A DNA stretch of 64,000 bases, from positions 24,675-88,674 of the forward strand of contig DOMK01000009.1 of assembly GCA_003510435.1 (NCBI GenBank). The letters are read 5' to 3'. This document shows, piece by piece, positions 26,982-37,695 of the stretch. Below the pieces are notes generated by a model. That model was not told where the DNA came from, did no database searches, and was given only the letters and a program-made list of their open reading frames with translations. The DNA is from Candidatus Magasanikiibacteriota bacterium. Lineage in GTDB: Bacteria > Patescibacteriota > Patescibacteriia > Magasanikbacterales > UBA922. Positions within the stretch are counted from its first letter, which is position 1. The number at the start of each line of letters is the position of its first letter. A program made the position numbers and the translations under genes.

Positions 26982-29018
26982 TTATAATTCAAAAACAATT
27001 TTCTTACTCTTGCTATGTTCAGTATAAGCTTCTAGTATATCCCCTTCTTCTATTTTGTCTTTGCCTTCAAAACGCAAACCACATTCTGTCCCACTTGGGA
27101 CTTCGGACACATCTTGCTGACCAGTCTTACATTGAGAAAATTTGCCTTCACCAATCAATTCTCCTTTGCGCTTTATTCTTACTTTAGAATTTTTTGTGAC
27201 TTTGCCATCAGTAATCCGAGCACCAATGGTCATGGCATTTTTGTCTGTTCTAAAAATTGCCAAAACTTTGGCTCGGCCTAATTCTTCTATAGTCACTTCA
27301 GCACTCAACTTTTTTTCCAAATCTTCTTTTACCCAATTGATCAAATCATAAATAATTTCATAACGTTTGAATTCTACGTTCTTTTCGCGCATCAATTCTT
27401 CGGCACTCGGTGTCGGGTTGACATGAAAACCAACTATAGTGGCTTCACCCGCTTCAGCTTTATTAACATCATCTTCAGTAATATTTCCCAAGCCCTTGCC
27501 AATTATTTTCACTCCCACCTCTTCGTGTTTTAATTTTTGCAAAGAACCAACAATTGCTTCCAAAGATCCAAGCACATCAGTCTTTATTATTAAATTTAAA
27601 GTATGTTCACGTCGTACTCCCTCTTCTTCTTCGGTTTCATTTTTTATTACATTCAAGCTTCTCTCGGCTCCAGTTTGCTGATTCCGTTTTTGTTTTACAT
27701 CAATTTTACTAGCGTCACCTGCTTTTGACAAATTCATTATATCGCCCACTTCTGGTGCCACTTTAAAACCAATTATTTGCACTGGCACCGATGGTCCAGC
27801 AGTGGCCAAATCACGACCAATATAATCTTTCATAGCGCGCACTTTGCCATAAATTTCACCATTTACTACCAAAGGATCATTTCTTCTAAGAGTACCGGCT
27901 TGCACCAAAACGGTAGCCACTGGACCCATCCCCTTGTCAACATGGGATTCAATAATTGTTCCAACGGCTGGTAAACTAGGATCAGCTTTTATTTTATCTT
28001 CATTCAAATCAGCCATAAGAAGTAAAACATCTAATAATTTATCAATATTAAGTTTTTGTTTGGCCGAAATTTCTACCACTGGTACTGTCCCGCCCCAATC
28101 TTCACACAAAACATTTCTTTGCGAAAGTTCAGTTCTCACTCGTTGTGGGTCAGCCCCTTCTCTGTCAATTTTGTTAATGGCCACAATAAATGGCAACTTG
28201 GCGGCATTAATAATGTTTATTACTTCTTCGGTTTGTGGTTTGACACCATCGTCTGCGGCCACAACCATAATCGCAATATCTGCTACTTTAGCACCACGAC
28301 TGCGCATAACAGTAAAGGCCTCATGACCAGGAGTGTCAATAAAAGTTATTGCTCTTTCTTGTTTGTTTTTTGGATCTTGCCAAACAGTCTGATAAGCACC
28401 AATATGCTGAGTAATACCACCTGATTCAGTATCAATTATATTTGTACTACGGATAGCATCCAATAATTTGGTTTTACCATGATCAACATGACCCATCACG
28501 ACCACGACCGGTGATCTAGGTTGTAAATTTTCTGTAGATGATAAGGCTTCTTCCAATGCCTTTACTTTTTGTTCTTCCACAGCATGATCAACTTTGTTAG
28601 TTTCTTCTTTTTTGGCCGTAAATCCAAGCTCCTCAGCCATGATGGCGGCAGTATCATAATCAATGTTTTGATTTTGATTGGCCAAAATACCATTTTTCAT
28701 GAGTTCGGTAATGATCCGAGTGACAGACATATTAAGTTTGTCCGCAAAATCTCTTACTCTTATCAAATCTGGTAAGACTACTGTTTCGCCAGTTTCTTTG
28801 CGCAATTCTTTTTCTTTCATTTTTTTCTCTTCTTCTTCTTTTTTCTTTTGGTCATCTAGATCTTTTTTTATAAAACGCCACTTACGAGTAATTTGATCGG
28901 CCACCTTATTGTCAACTTTGATCGCTCTGGCTCCAATATCAAAACCATACTTGGGTAATAGTTCAAGCATTTCTTTGGTATTGATTCTTAATTTTCTCGC
29001 TAATTCTGTTACATTCAT
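26982..29018 (-). CDS. infB: translation initiation factor IF-2
   Basis: VVVVMGHVDHGKTKLLD G-domain; 678 aa. Confidence 0.95.
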   Translation of the reverse strand: MNVTELARKLRINTKEMLELLPKYGFDIGARAIKVDNKVADQITRKWRFIKKDLDDQKKKEEEEKKMKEKELRKETGETVVLPDLIRVRDFADKLNMSVTRIITELMKNGILANQNQNIDYDTAAIMAEELGFTAKKEETNKVDHAVEEQKVKALEEALSSTENLQPRSPVVVVMGHVDHGKTKLLDAIRSTNIIDTESGGITQHIGAYQTVWQDPKNKQERAITFIDTPGHEAFTVMRSRGAKVADIAIMVVAADDGVKPQTEEVINIINAAKLPFIVAINKIDREGADPQRVRTELSQRNVLCEDWGGTVPVVEISAKQKLNIDKLLDVLLLMADLNEDKIKADPSLPAVGTIIESHVDKGMGPVATVLVQAGTLRRNDPLVVNGEIYGKVRAMKDYIGRDLATAGPSVPVQIIGFKVAPEVGDIMNLSKAGDASKIDVKQKRNQQTGAERSLNVIKNETEEEEGVRREHTLNLIIKTDVLGSLEAIVGSLQKLKHEEVGVKIIGKGLGNITEDDVNKAEAGEATIVGFHVNPTPSAEELMREKNVEFKRYEIIYDLINWVKEDLEKKLSAEVTIEELGRAKVLAIFRTDKNAMTIGARITDGKVTKNSKVRIKRKGELIGEGKFSQCKTGQQDVSEVPSGTECGLRFEGKDKIEEGDILEAYTEHSKSKKIVFEL

Positions 29019-29036
29019 AATTACTGATTACTGATA

Positions 29037-29180
29037 ATCCGGATTTACGGATTCACAGATATTAAATAAAAATTTAAAAAAGATGAAATTTAACATCTGT
29101 GAGTAAGATTATAGCTAAATAAAAGAAAAAAGTCAATTTTATCCGTAAATCCGGATTATCCGTATATCCGTAATTTTAAA
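29037..29180. repeat. nested inverted repeat, family D (ATAATCCGGATTTACGGAT ... ATCCGTAAATCCGGATTAT). A related unit lies in frame in truB (37001-37037), and a degenerate copy is at 45515-45550.
   Basis: 19-bp perfect inverted arms about 100 bp apart, with an inner TCACAGAT/ATCTGTGA pair. Confidence 0.7.
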
Positions 29181-29186
29181 AGTCAA

Positions 29187-31697
29187 CTAATTAAACCTCT
29201 TTTTCTTTATAAAAAAACCTAACACCCACATCGTTAACAAAGGTAAAAATATCATCATTACAAATTCATTTAACGACAATATTTCCAAATGAAAAACCAA
29301 TCTTAATGATTTCAAACTAAAACACAAAATAAGAAATATAAAACTAATTGCATTAATAATTAATAATATTTTATTAGTCTTGACCTGTTCCCATTCACGA
29401 GTAAAAACTATTAAAAATATTTGTGAAGCTACGAGTGAACCAAAAGCCAAGCTCTTACCTAGTTCATCATTGCCCAAGTAGATTGAAAAATAATAATATA
29501 GACCAAAAGACAAAGCTAAAATTGTTCCACCTTGCAAAAATATTCTCAACCAAGCGCGTGGATTGACCAATGGTTCTTTGGTTGATCTTGGTTTTTCAAG
29601 CATCAAACCCCGACGGGCTGGTTCTTTTTCAAAACCAATTACCGATGATGGATCACAAATTAATTCCAAAAAAATAATGTGGATTGGTAAAAATATCAAT
29701 GGTTCACCAAACAGTAAAGGCAAAATTGCCAAACCAATAATTGGCAAATGAAAAGAAAACAAAAATACAAAAGCTTGGCGTAAATTATCATAAATTCTTC
29801 GACCTTCTTTGACCGCATTTACAATCGTGGCAAAATTATCATCCATAAGGATAATACCGGCTGCGGCTCTGGCTACTTCTGTGCCTTTTTGTCCCATGGC
29901 AATCCCTATATTAGCTTTTTTGAGAGCAGGAGCATCATTCACACCGTCACCAGTCATCGCCACGATTTCTCCTTGATTTTGCAAGGCTTCTACTAATAAA
30001 TACTTTTGTTCTGGTTCCACCCTAGTAAAAATATCATGTCGTCTAGCGGTTTCTTGTAAGGCTGTCGGCGACATATTTTTCAAATCTGCTCCAGTCATTA
30101 TTTCTTCATTGTGCTTTAGACCAATTTGCTCGGCCACACTATGTGCAGTCAGTTTATTATCACCCGTAATCATAATGATTCTAATCCCCGCTTTTTGACA
30201 AGTATCAATCGCTTCTTTCACTCCAGACCGAGGGGGGTCACTCATAGCCAATAGTCCTATAAATTGCAAATCTTCTATTACAATTTTTCCACTCTCGTGA
30301 CAAGGGCGTTTGGCAATACCAATTACTCTATAACCACTATCAGCCATAATTTCATAAGCTGACATAATTTTATTTTTTTCAGCTTTTTTTAATAAACTAG
30401 ATTCAATTACAAATTCTGGCGCGCCCGCTGTGTGTTGTTCACACAATCCTCTCTTATGTTTCCACAAGTGATGGACCATTTTTGTTTTTGATTCAAAAGG
30501 TAAATCCTGTACCAAACTATGTTCATTAAAATATTTATTTACATCAATTCCAAGTTTAACTGCATAGGCTTGAACTTCAATTTCAATTGGATCAATCGCT
30601 ACTTGTTCAAGAGATAATAAAGCACACTCAATCAATTCTTTTATATCCTGTTTATGTTCCCCATCATTAATATCAATTAATTCATTATTAAAATACACTT
30701 GTTTCAAAGCCATTTTACCTTCAGTCAAAGTACCGGTTTTGTCAGTGCAAATTACCGTGGCTGAACCAAGAGTTTCTACCATGGCCATTTCTCTAACCAA
30801 AGCTTTTTGCTTGGTCATACGCCATACCCCCATAATCAGAAATACACTAAACACTACGGGAAATTCTTCGGGAATGAGTGACATGGCAATCGTAACTCCA
30901 GCCAAAAAACCATGAACCCAACCTTCTTTCAAAGTCATTACTGCCCCGACACCAAAAGCAGAAATTATAGCCACAATCGCCACAAAACGCACGAGACGAT
31001 GCATCTTTTGTTGCAGAGGAGTTTTTTCCGTAATAATTTTTTCTAATAAATTTCCCAATTGTCCATACTTGGTGGCTCCACCGGTTTTTTCTACTACTAG
31101 ATAACCTTCGCCTTGAACAATCATGGTTCCTTGATATAACAAATTTTCTTCACTAGTATTTTCTTGTTTATTGCCAATTTCACTTTTTGTCACAGAAACT
31201 GATTCGCCAGTGAGCATGGATTCATCTACCTGCACACCAGGTGAATTTAAAATAAAACCATCGGCTGGTACTCTGTCTCCAGCAGTCAAATATACATAAT
31301 CACCGGGTACTAAAAATTTTACTTCTATTTTTTCTCTTACTCCATTACGAAACACTTCTACATATTGCACCATCATTTTATCCAAAGCGCGGACAGCTTC
31401 ATCAGTTTTGGATTCTTGAAAAAATTCAATCGCTAAAATTGGAATAATAGAACACAACAAAATTATGGCTTCTAATTTATCGCCAATAAAAAAATAGATA
31501 ATGGCCGCCGCCAAGAGCAATAAAATCATTGGTTCAGTTATAATGTCAAACAAACGCTTTATCCACGTTTTATTTTTTACCACTGGTCGACTATTTTCAC
31601 CATGGGTTTGCAATAATTCTTCTACCTGAGATGAAGTCAAACCTTGATAATTTTTTTGGTAAGTATTCATAAAAAATAAATAAGATACAATATACAT
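29187..31697 (-). CDS. P-type cation-transporting ATPase (Ca2+/Mg2+ type)
   Basis: DKTGTLT phosphorylation site and GDGVNDAPALKKA. Confidence 0.9.
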   Translation of the reverse strand: MYIVSYLFFMNTYQKNYQGLTSSQVEELLQTHGENSRPVVKNKTWIKRLFDIITEPMILLLLAAAIIYFFIGDKLEAIILLCSIIPILAIEFFQESKTDEAVRALDKMMVQYVEVFRNGVREKIEVKFLVPGDYVYLTAGDRVPADGFILNSPGVQVDESMLTGESVSVTKSEIGNKQENTSEENLLYQGTMIVQGEGYLVVEKTGGATKYGQLGNLLEKIITEKTPLQQKMHRLVRFVAIVAIISAFGVGAVMTLKEGWVHGFLAGVTIAMSLIPEEFPVVFSVFLIMGVWRMTKQKALVREMAMVETLGSATVICTDKTGTLTEGKMALKQVYFNNELIDINDGEHKQDIKELIECALLSLEQVAIDPIEIEVQAYAVKLGIDVNKYFNEHSLVQDLPFESKTKMVHHLWKHKRGLCEQHTAGAPEFVIESSLLKKAEKNKIMSAYEIMADSGYRVIGIAKRPCHESGKIVIEDLQFIGLLAMSDPPRSGVKEAIDTCQKAGIRIIMITGDNKLTAHSVAEQIGLKHNEEIMTGADLKNMSPTALQETARRHDIFTRVEPEQKYLLVEALQNQGEIVAMTGDGVNDAPALKKANIGIAMGQKGTEVARAAAGIILMDDNFATIVNAVKEGRRIYDNLRQAFVFLFSFHLPIIGLAILPLLFGEPLIFLPIHIIFLELICDPSSVIGFEKEPARRGLMLEKPRSTKEPLVNPRAWLRIFLQGGTILALSFGLYYYFSIYLGNDELGKSLAFGSLVASQIFLIVFTREWEQVKTNKILLIINAISFIFLILCFSLKSLRLVFHLEILSLNEFVMMIFLPLLTMWVLGFFIKKKRFN

Positions 31698-31784
31698 GGA
31701 AAAACATACAAAAGTATTTTAATACCCACATATTATATTTTGTACATTAATTTTAACAGAAAAGGTTTGTATATTCAATACAGT

Positions 31785-31808
31785 AAAAAAACCGCCCTCA
31801 CGGACGGC
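31785..31808 (-). terminator. rho-independent terminator after the aminotransferase gene
   Basis: On the minus strand CCGTCCGTGAGGGCGG forms a hairpin with a GTGA loop, followed by TTTTTTT. Confidence 0.55.
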
Positions 31809-31831
31809 TTATTACTTGTACACTTACAAAC

Positions 31832-33232
31832 TTACGCACTAAAATACTTATTCACCAACTCATCAATCTTTCCATCCACTTCTTCCATTTTCAATGGTGA
31901 TACTTCCCCACTCTTCTCAATCAATTCAATTACCACTTTCAAAATATATTTCATCCCCGGAATAATATGATTATTGCGATCTTCGGCATAAGAAAAACGA
32001 ATATGGCCTTTGCCCATTTGACCAAAATCTGAACCAGCCAGTGTGGCCACTCCTCTTTCATACAAAAACCAATTTCGCAAATCAACGTCTGACTTCAAAC
32101 CCAAATCTTCTTTGACATATTTTAAATCCAAAACTCTGGTAAAACTGGGAAATAAATAAAATGCTCCCTCAGCTTCATTACAAACTACATAAGGCTTTAG
32201 TAAATTTAAAGCTTCGGAAACAAAGCCACCCTTTTTCTCATATTCAACAAAATCTTTATCAATTATTTCTTGAACTTCTTCTTTTATACTTGGATAATGA
32301 AAGCCATCCAAATCCACATCACCATAAATTGCTCCAGCCACAATTTGATTCATCTTATTTACATTACTCCATTTATTAATGGCCAAACGTCCAAAAATTT
32401 CAATCAACCATTCTGGGGCCACTAAAAAGCCTAGACGCCAGCCAGTCATAGCATAATTTTTTGAATAGCCATTCAAATTTACTGTCCAATCCAACATACC
32501 AGGGATAGAAAGAAAACTAAAATGCTTTCGTCCACCAAAAGTGATTTGATCATAAATATCATCAAAAATCACAAAGAATTTATACTTCTTTACCAATTCA
32601 GCCACCTGTTCCAAAGTTTCCTTTGGCATCATCATACCAGTCGGATTTTGGGGAGTGTTGATAACTAATAACTTAATATTTTGATTTTCTTGAAATAATT
32701 TTTCTAAATCTTCTACACGAAATTCCAAAGTCTGTTTGTCCTCATCTTTATGCGCTTGCCAAGCCAAGACTTGACCGTGATGATAAAATTCGGCCAATGA
32801 TTCATACACTGGATACCCTGGATCTTGCACAATAATTTTATCACCTGGAGCAATGAGAGTTTGCAAAGATAATTCAATCGCTGATTTGCCCGCTGGTTCT
32901 AATAAAATATTTTCCGGCTTTATTTCCACCCCACGAAGTTCACTCCAGTATTTGGCAATATTCTGACGGACTTGGGGATAACCTAAAAAATGACCATATT
33001 TTGTTTGTTTATCTTTTAGGGCTTGAATCGCTGTATTAATTATTGGTTCTGGTGTTTTTGGTCCAGTATCACCCACATGAAATTTATAAATCTGAGAAAA
33101 CTTTTTTGAACTTTCTACTTTGATTACTTCTGCCCCAAAACCAAAAGCCGTCTCAGTACCCAAATAATTCAAATCTGGATTGATTGTCACGTTGGGAATT
33201 AAATTTTTGTCTGTTAGAAATTTTGGAATCAT
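31832..33232 (-). CDS. class I/II PLP-dependent aminotransferase (aspartate aminotransferase family) with a C-terminal extension of about 90 aa
   Basis: SKNYAMTGWRLGF Lys motif; 466 aa. Confidence 0.75.
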   Translation of the reverse strand: MIPKFLTDKNLIPNVTINPDLNYLGTETAFGFGAEVIKVESSKKFSQIYKFHVGDTGPKTPEPIINTAIQALKDKQTKYGHFLGYPQVRQNIAKYWSELRGVEIKPENILLEPAGKSAIELSLQTLIAPGDKIIVQDPGYPVYESLAEFYHHGQVLAWQAHKDEDKQTLEFRVEDLEKLFQENQNIKLLVINTPQNPTGMMMPKETLEQVAELVKKYKFFVIFDDIYDQITFGGRKHFSFLSIPGMLDWTVNLNGYSKNYAMTGWRLGFLVAPEWLIEIFGRLAINKWSNVNKMNQIVAGAIYGDVDLDGFHYPSIKEEVQEIIDKDFVEYEKKGGFVSEALNLLKPYVVCNEAEGAFYLFPSFTRVLDLKYVKEDLGLKSDVDLRNWFLYERGVATLAGSDFGQMGKGHIRFSYAEDRNNHIIPGMKYILKVVIELIEKSGEVSPLKMEEVDGKIDELVNKYFSA

Positions 33233-33235
33233 ATT

Positions 33236-33365
33236 CGTAATCCCGAGCGCAGCGAGGGATCCCTTTTTGACGCACGGAAATGTTTATTAAATTAAATTTT
33301 ATTTAAAGCAATTTTTAATGAATTGAAAAGGGATTCCTCACTCACTATCGTTCATTCGGAATGAC
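33236..33365. repeat. palindromic intergenic repeat family A (arms of about 38 bp, CGTAATCCCGAGCGCAGCGAGGGATCCCTTT, with an AT-rich loop of about 50 bp). Other copies are at 13789-13913 and 35961-36088, with a half copy at 24349-24382.
   Basis: Direct comparison of the four loci; each full copy forms a long imperfect hairpin. Confidence 0.8.
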
Positions 33366-35593
33366 AAAGAAAGAATCTTATTTTTTATCTCTTCACTCGT
33401 CATCCCCGCCATTTCATAAACTTCGTCTACTGTACCGGATTTTAAATAATGGTCAATACTAATTCCGCGCTCAGTATAATCTGCTGGTAAAATAAACGGA
33501 TATAAAAATCCTTTCCAACCATTGTGAATTGGAATCGTAATCGCGCGTTCATCATCCGAAAAAATACTATTAGCTTTTTCCGGATTATTTTTTCTTAATT
33601 CTTCAAACAATTGTGGTGAAGTCACAGCTAACACTTTTACACTCAGACCCTGTGCTTCCAAATCTGGCACAATTTTCATAGTATTCATCATTGGAATAGA
33701 TCCTGAAACTGCCAAAACGATGTCTGTTTTTTTGTTTTCTTGATTTTTTGCTTTATTACTTTCATAAAAAACATACGCCCCATTCACCGCATCTCCCGGT
33801 TTGGAATTTCCTACACTTCTGTCAAACACAATAGTATCTGGACGAGACACTGACAAAGCAATCGGTTCACCTTTTTCCAAAGCATAAAATAACATTTCAA
33901 TTGTTTCATTAGCATCTAGTGGCTTGTAAACTTTTATTCCTGGGTAAGCCGTAAACATACTCATCCAATACATTCCTTGATGAGTTGGACCATCTTCTCC
34001 AGTCTCTGGACCATCATGAGCCGCTTGCATAATAAAAAACCCTTTATTCTTTGGATTCAAATGATTACCAATCAAACCTAAACGCACACAATTGGTCATC
34101 ATAGAAGTAAACACCGCATAAGTAGAAAAAATTGATACTGGAGCAAAACCACCCGGCAATCTATCTCCTGTCATACCCACACTCATCATAGCCATGTTTT
34201 GTTCGGCAATCCCCCAACGAATTCCCCGACCAAGAGGATTTTGGACAGTCATTTCACCATAAACATCCTCAGCTTTTTGCGTCAAAATTGATTTAGATAA
34301 ATCACCTGTCCCCGCCCAGAAAAAAGCGGTTTGTTTCATGAGCCACAGATAAAACGCTTCGCTAGCTTTTCTTGTTGCCACTTTTGTACCAGGAGCAAAA
34401 TTTAATTCGGCTGGCAATTCACTCGGACGTTTAATATCAAGAGGATTCACCATTGGTCTATCGCCTAACTTTACTTTCATCTTTTCAACCAATGCATTCT
34501 GATCGCTGATCACTGATCTTTGCACATTGACTCTTTCTTCAATATATTTTGCAAGTTCATCAGTTATTTGTTCTTCCACAAACTTTATATCATCAATCAC
34601 TTGTCCTTCTACACCCTGAATATCAAACCCCAAACCTTTCATTATTCCTACATAATCCTCATGCTTGGCTGGTGAACCATGTGAACTCGCTGTATTTTCC
34701 AACTTTCCATAATGTTTACCTTTTATACAATGAGCCAAAACTACAGTTGGGGCATTGTTTTCGAACACTTTTTGTGCAGCCAATTGATAAGCATAAACCA
34801 GTTCCAAAATATTATGTCCATCCACTTCAATCACATTCCAGCCCATTCCCTGCCAATGATTAATATATGGAGAATTGATTACTTCATTAATATCACCATC
34901 AATTCCAAAATGATTATAATCAAGTGAAACAATTACATTATCAGCTCCGACTGCTTTCAAAACATTGCGTGCTTCATAGCTCATTCCTTCTTCGCTCTCG
35001 GCATCGCCCATAAACACCCAAACATTAGTATCTAGTCCAGATGATTTGTGAGCAATGGCCATGCCACCAGCCGCTGACAAACCATGTCCAGATGGACCAG
35101 TCGCCACGTCAGACAAAGGATAATAATTTTCAATATGTCCTTGGGGACCGTCATGGTGGCGGAAACGCAATAAATCTTCTGGCAAGACGGCTTCTATTTT
35201 TTTTGCATCAAAATCAATTCCCACTTTTCTTAAAGCACTATAAATCAAACTTAATCCACTATAAAGCCCTGGTGAACAGTGTCCAGCACTCCACACCACA
35301 CGATCACGTCCAGAATTTTTTGGTTCCAGTGCATCAAACTTCATGGCTCCACCAAGTACCATAGCCAAAAATTGTTCTACCTTAGAAGAAGATCCACCAG
35401 GATGCCCTGAATGTGAGGCTTCTAAAGAAGAAAAAATAAAACCACGCATAATGCGGGCCATTTCATTAAACTTATCCACATCAATTCCTTCTATACTAGC
35501 CAAATCTAAACCTCGTAAATCTAGATAATTTTCTGTTTTTAATTTGTTTATTTCTTCTGTGTTAAAAAGATTAATGGACATACAAAAAAACAA
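33338..35593 (-). CDS. tkt: transketolase (full length, with insertions)
   Basis: SGHPGGSSS thiamine diphosphate region and GEDGPTHQ; 751 aa. Confidence 0.85.
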   Translation of the reverse strand: MFFCMSINLFNTEEINKLKTENYLDLRGLDLASIEGIDVDKFNEMARIMRGFIFSSLEASHSGHPGGSSSKVEQFLAMVLGGAMKFDALEPKNSGRDRVVWSAGHCSPGLYSGLSLIYSALRKVGIDFDAKKIEAVLPEDLLRFRHHDGPQGHIENYYPLSDVATGPSGHGLSAAGGMAIAHKSSGLDTNVWVFMGDAESEEGMSYEARNVLKAVGADNVIVSLDYNHFGIDGDINEVINSPYINHWQGMGWNVIEVDGHNILELVYAYQLAAQKVFENNAPTVVLAHCIKGKHYGKLENTASSHGSPAKHEDYVGIMKGLGFDIQGVEGQVIDDIKFVEEQITDELAKYIEERVNVQRSVISDQNALVEKMKVKLGDRPMVNPLDIKRPSELPAELNFAPGTKVATRKASEAFYLWLMKQTAFFWAGTGDLSKSILTQKAEDVYGEMTVQNPLGRGIRWGIAEQNMAMMSVGMTGDRLPGGFAPVSIFSTYAVFTSMMTNCVRLGLIGNHLNPKNKGFFIMQAAHDGPETGEDGPTHQGMYWMSMFTAYPGIKVYKPLDANETIEMLFYALEKGEPIALSVSRPDTIVFDRSVGNSKPGDAVNGAYVFYESNKAKNQENKKTDIVLAVSGSIPMMNTMKIVPDLEAQGLSVKVLAVTSPQLFEELRKNNPEKANSIFSDDERAITIPIHNGWKGFLYPFILPADYTERGISIDHYLKSGTVDEVYEMAGMTSEEIKNKILSLSFRMNDSE

Positions 35594-35802
35594 GGGTTAA
35601 TTGTTAAGTTGTCTCCATTATAACAAATAGAATAAAAATGACAAGAGAGAATAAAAATGACAAATTTCTAATAACTAATATCAAATCTAAAAAATTTTAG
35701 CCATTTGTAATTAATTAGAAATTAGGTGAATTAGAAATTAAAAATTTATAAGACTTACATTAATCCATTTAGCTATTCTCAAAAAAAACACTCCACTATT
35801 TT

Positions 35803-36867
35803 TCAATCTTTTTTAGCTAAAATCACATACCCTTGCGCCTCCACCCACTTCCCTACCAAATACATTTCTACCAACCCATACAACTCACACAAAGCTGTAG
35901 AATAGGGATGTAAATATTTTTTTATTTTATATAATATTTTGTTTATAAATTTTAATAACATAATCCCGAACCCAGACGAAAGGGGGAGAGATCCCTTTTT
36001 GGTGAGCTGATTATTAACATTAATTATTACATCGTTTGATGCATTGGAAAGGGATCCCTCGTCGCCCTGTCGGGCTCGCTCGGGATGCCAAAAAAATTCA
36101 TCCGGATGCACCAAAAAACTTGCCCAAAAAGCATTGTACATTTTTTCTATATAAAAACCAGTATTTGCTAACAAACTTTTCAATTCTGATTTTGAATAAA
36201 GTGAAATATGAAACTCGGCATGTGGATCAATATTCAGTCCGCGCTTCATTAAATAATTTCTTACATAAGCATGACGACCAAGTTTTGATTCACTAAACAT
36301 GGCCAATACGCCACCAAATTTTAAAACGCGATTTAATTCTTTTAGCCAGGCTGGTACATTGGCTACATGCCCCAAAACATCTGATGTGTAGATCGCATCA
36401 AAATAATTATTTTCAAAAGGTAAGTGTTCACCATCATACCACTCCACTTCGGCATGCACACCATTTTGTTTAACTTTTTCTTTGGCCAAATCAATTTGTA
36501 ATTTTATTACATCTATTCCATATACTTCTACTTGCCGACCAAACATTTTTTTCAAATCAACCAAACTCGCACCAGTACCACAACCCACATCCAAAATTCT
36601 AATAGTTTCTACTTGCCAGCCAAGCTCATGAGTCTGGGGATTGTCTGCCAATCTTTGCTTAATATATTTCTTAATATACCGATACAAAAACCACTTCTTA
36701 GGATAAAAAAGTAATTTTGCCCAATCTTTTAATTCTACACGCTCACCCAAAAATACCGGGTTTGTATCCCAGATTTCTACACCGTCGTCTTGTGTTTTAC
36801 CCCAACCAAGAGTATTATTATTTTGCATATTGTTTATATTGTACCATGGACAAGATACAAAATACAT
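35803..36867 (-). CDS. class I SAM-dependent methyltransferase whose C-terminal tail of about 95 aa is read through a palindromic repeat element (35961-36088)
   Basis: ILDVGCGTGAS motif I. The sequence after ...FLVHPDEFF is encoded by the repeat. Confidence 0.6.
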   Translation of the reverse strand: MYFVSCPWYNINNMQNNNTLGWGKTQDDGVEIWDTNPVFLGERVELKDWAKLLFYPKKWFLYRYIKKYIKQRLADNPQTHELGWQVETIRILDVGCGTGASLVDLKKMFGRQVEVYGIDVIKLQIDLAKEKVKQNGVHAEVEWYDGEHLPFENNYFDAIYTSDVLGHVANVPAWLKELNRVLKFGGVLAMFSESKLGRHAYVRNYLMKRGLNIDPHAEFHISLYSKSELKSLLANTGFYIEKMYNAFWASFLVHPDEFFWHPERARQGDEGSLSNASNDVIINVNNQLTKKGSLPLSSGFGIMLLKFINKILYKIKKYLHPYSTALCELYGLVEMYLVGKWVEAQGYVILAKKD

Positions 36868-36924
36868 GGAACAATATACACAGTTATAATAAATTGTATT
36901 TTGTTACGTGTATTTTGTATGTTT

Positions 36925-37695
36925 ATTTTAATCAACAAACCAAAAGACTGGACCAGTTTTGATGTGGTTGGCTATATTCGCAAGATCGCTCGCCAATCAC
37001 TCAAATCCGTAGATCCGGATAATCAGAAAATCCGTAGTTTAAAAGTCGGTCATGCTGGCACTTTAGATCCATTTGCCACTGGTCTTCTGATTGTTGGGGT
37101 TGGTCGTGAAGCTACCAAACGATTAGATGAATTTAAAAATTTGCCAAAAACTTATGTTGCGACTATAAGACTTGGCGCAGTGAGTGATACGTTTGATTCG
37201 ACAGGTGTAATTACGAACTACAAAAAATCATTGTCAAATTGTTACATGGTTACATTGCTAAAAAAACTATTCAAAAAAAATAACAATGTAACAATTCAAC
37301 AATGTAACAATGAATTCAACAAAATAGATTCTGTATTAATTCAAAACGTTTTAAATAAATTTATAGGGAAAATTAAACAAACACCACCAATGTACTCTGC
37401 GAAAAAAATCAATGGCCAAAAACTTTATGATCTCGCGCGTAAAGGAATAACTATTAGACGAAAGAAAAACAAAATTGAAATCTACAATATCAAACTAATA
37501 GAATATAATTATCCAATATTAAAAATCTCAGTCAACTGTTCCGCTGGCACCTATATTCGCACTCTGGCCAATGATATTGGTGAAAAACTCAGGGTCGGTG
37601 CATATTGTGAAGAACTGGAAAGAACTAAAATTGGTGAATATTCATTGGATGAGGCGAAAAGCATTGCAGATATAAAAAATTTACAATTCACCTAA
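36925..37695 (+). CDS. truB: tRNA pseudouridine(55) synthase. The ORF track begins at 36790; the conserved N-terminus starts near MFILINKPKDW.
   Basis: NKPKDWTSFDVV and KVGHAGTLDPFATG motifs. It contains a 15-aa repeat-derived insert SLKSVDPDNQKIRSL. Confidence 0.85.
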   Translation: MLINKPKDWTSFDVVGYIRKIARQSLKSVDPDNQKIRSLKVGHAGTLDPFATGLLIVGVGREATKRLDEFKNLPKTYVATIRLGAVSDTFDSTGVITNYKKSLSNCYMVTLLKKLFKKNNNVTIQQCNNEFNKIDSVLIQNVLNKFIGKIKQTPPMYSAKKINGQKLYDLARKGITIRRKKNKIEIYNIKLIEYNYPILKISVNCSAGTYIRTLANDIGEKLRVGAYCEELERTKIGEYSLDEAKSIADIKNLQFT

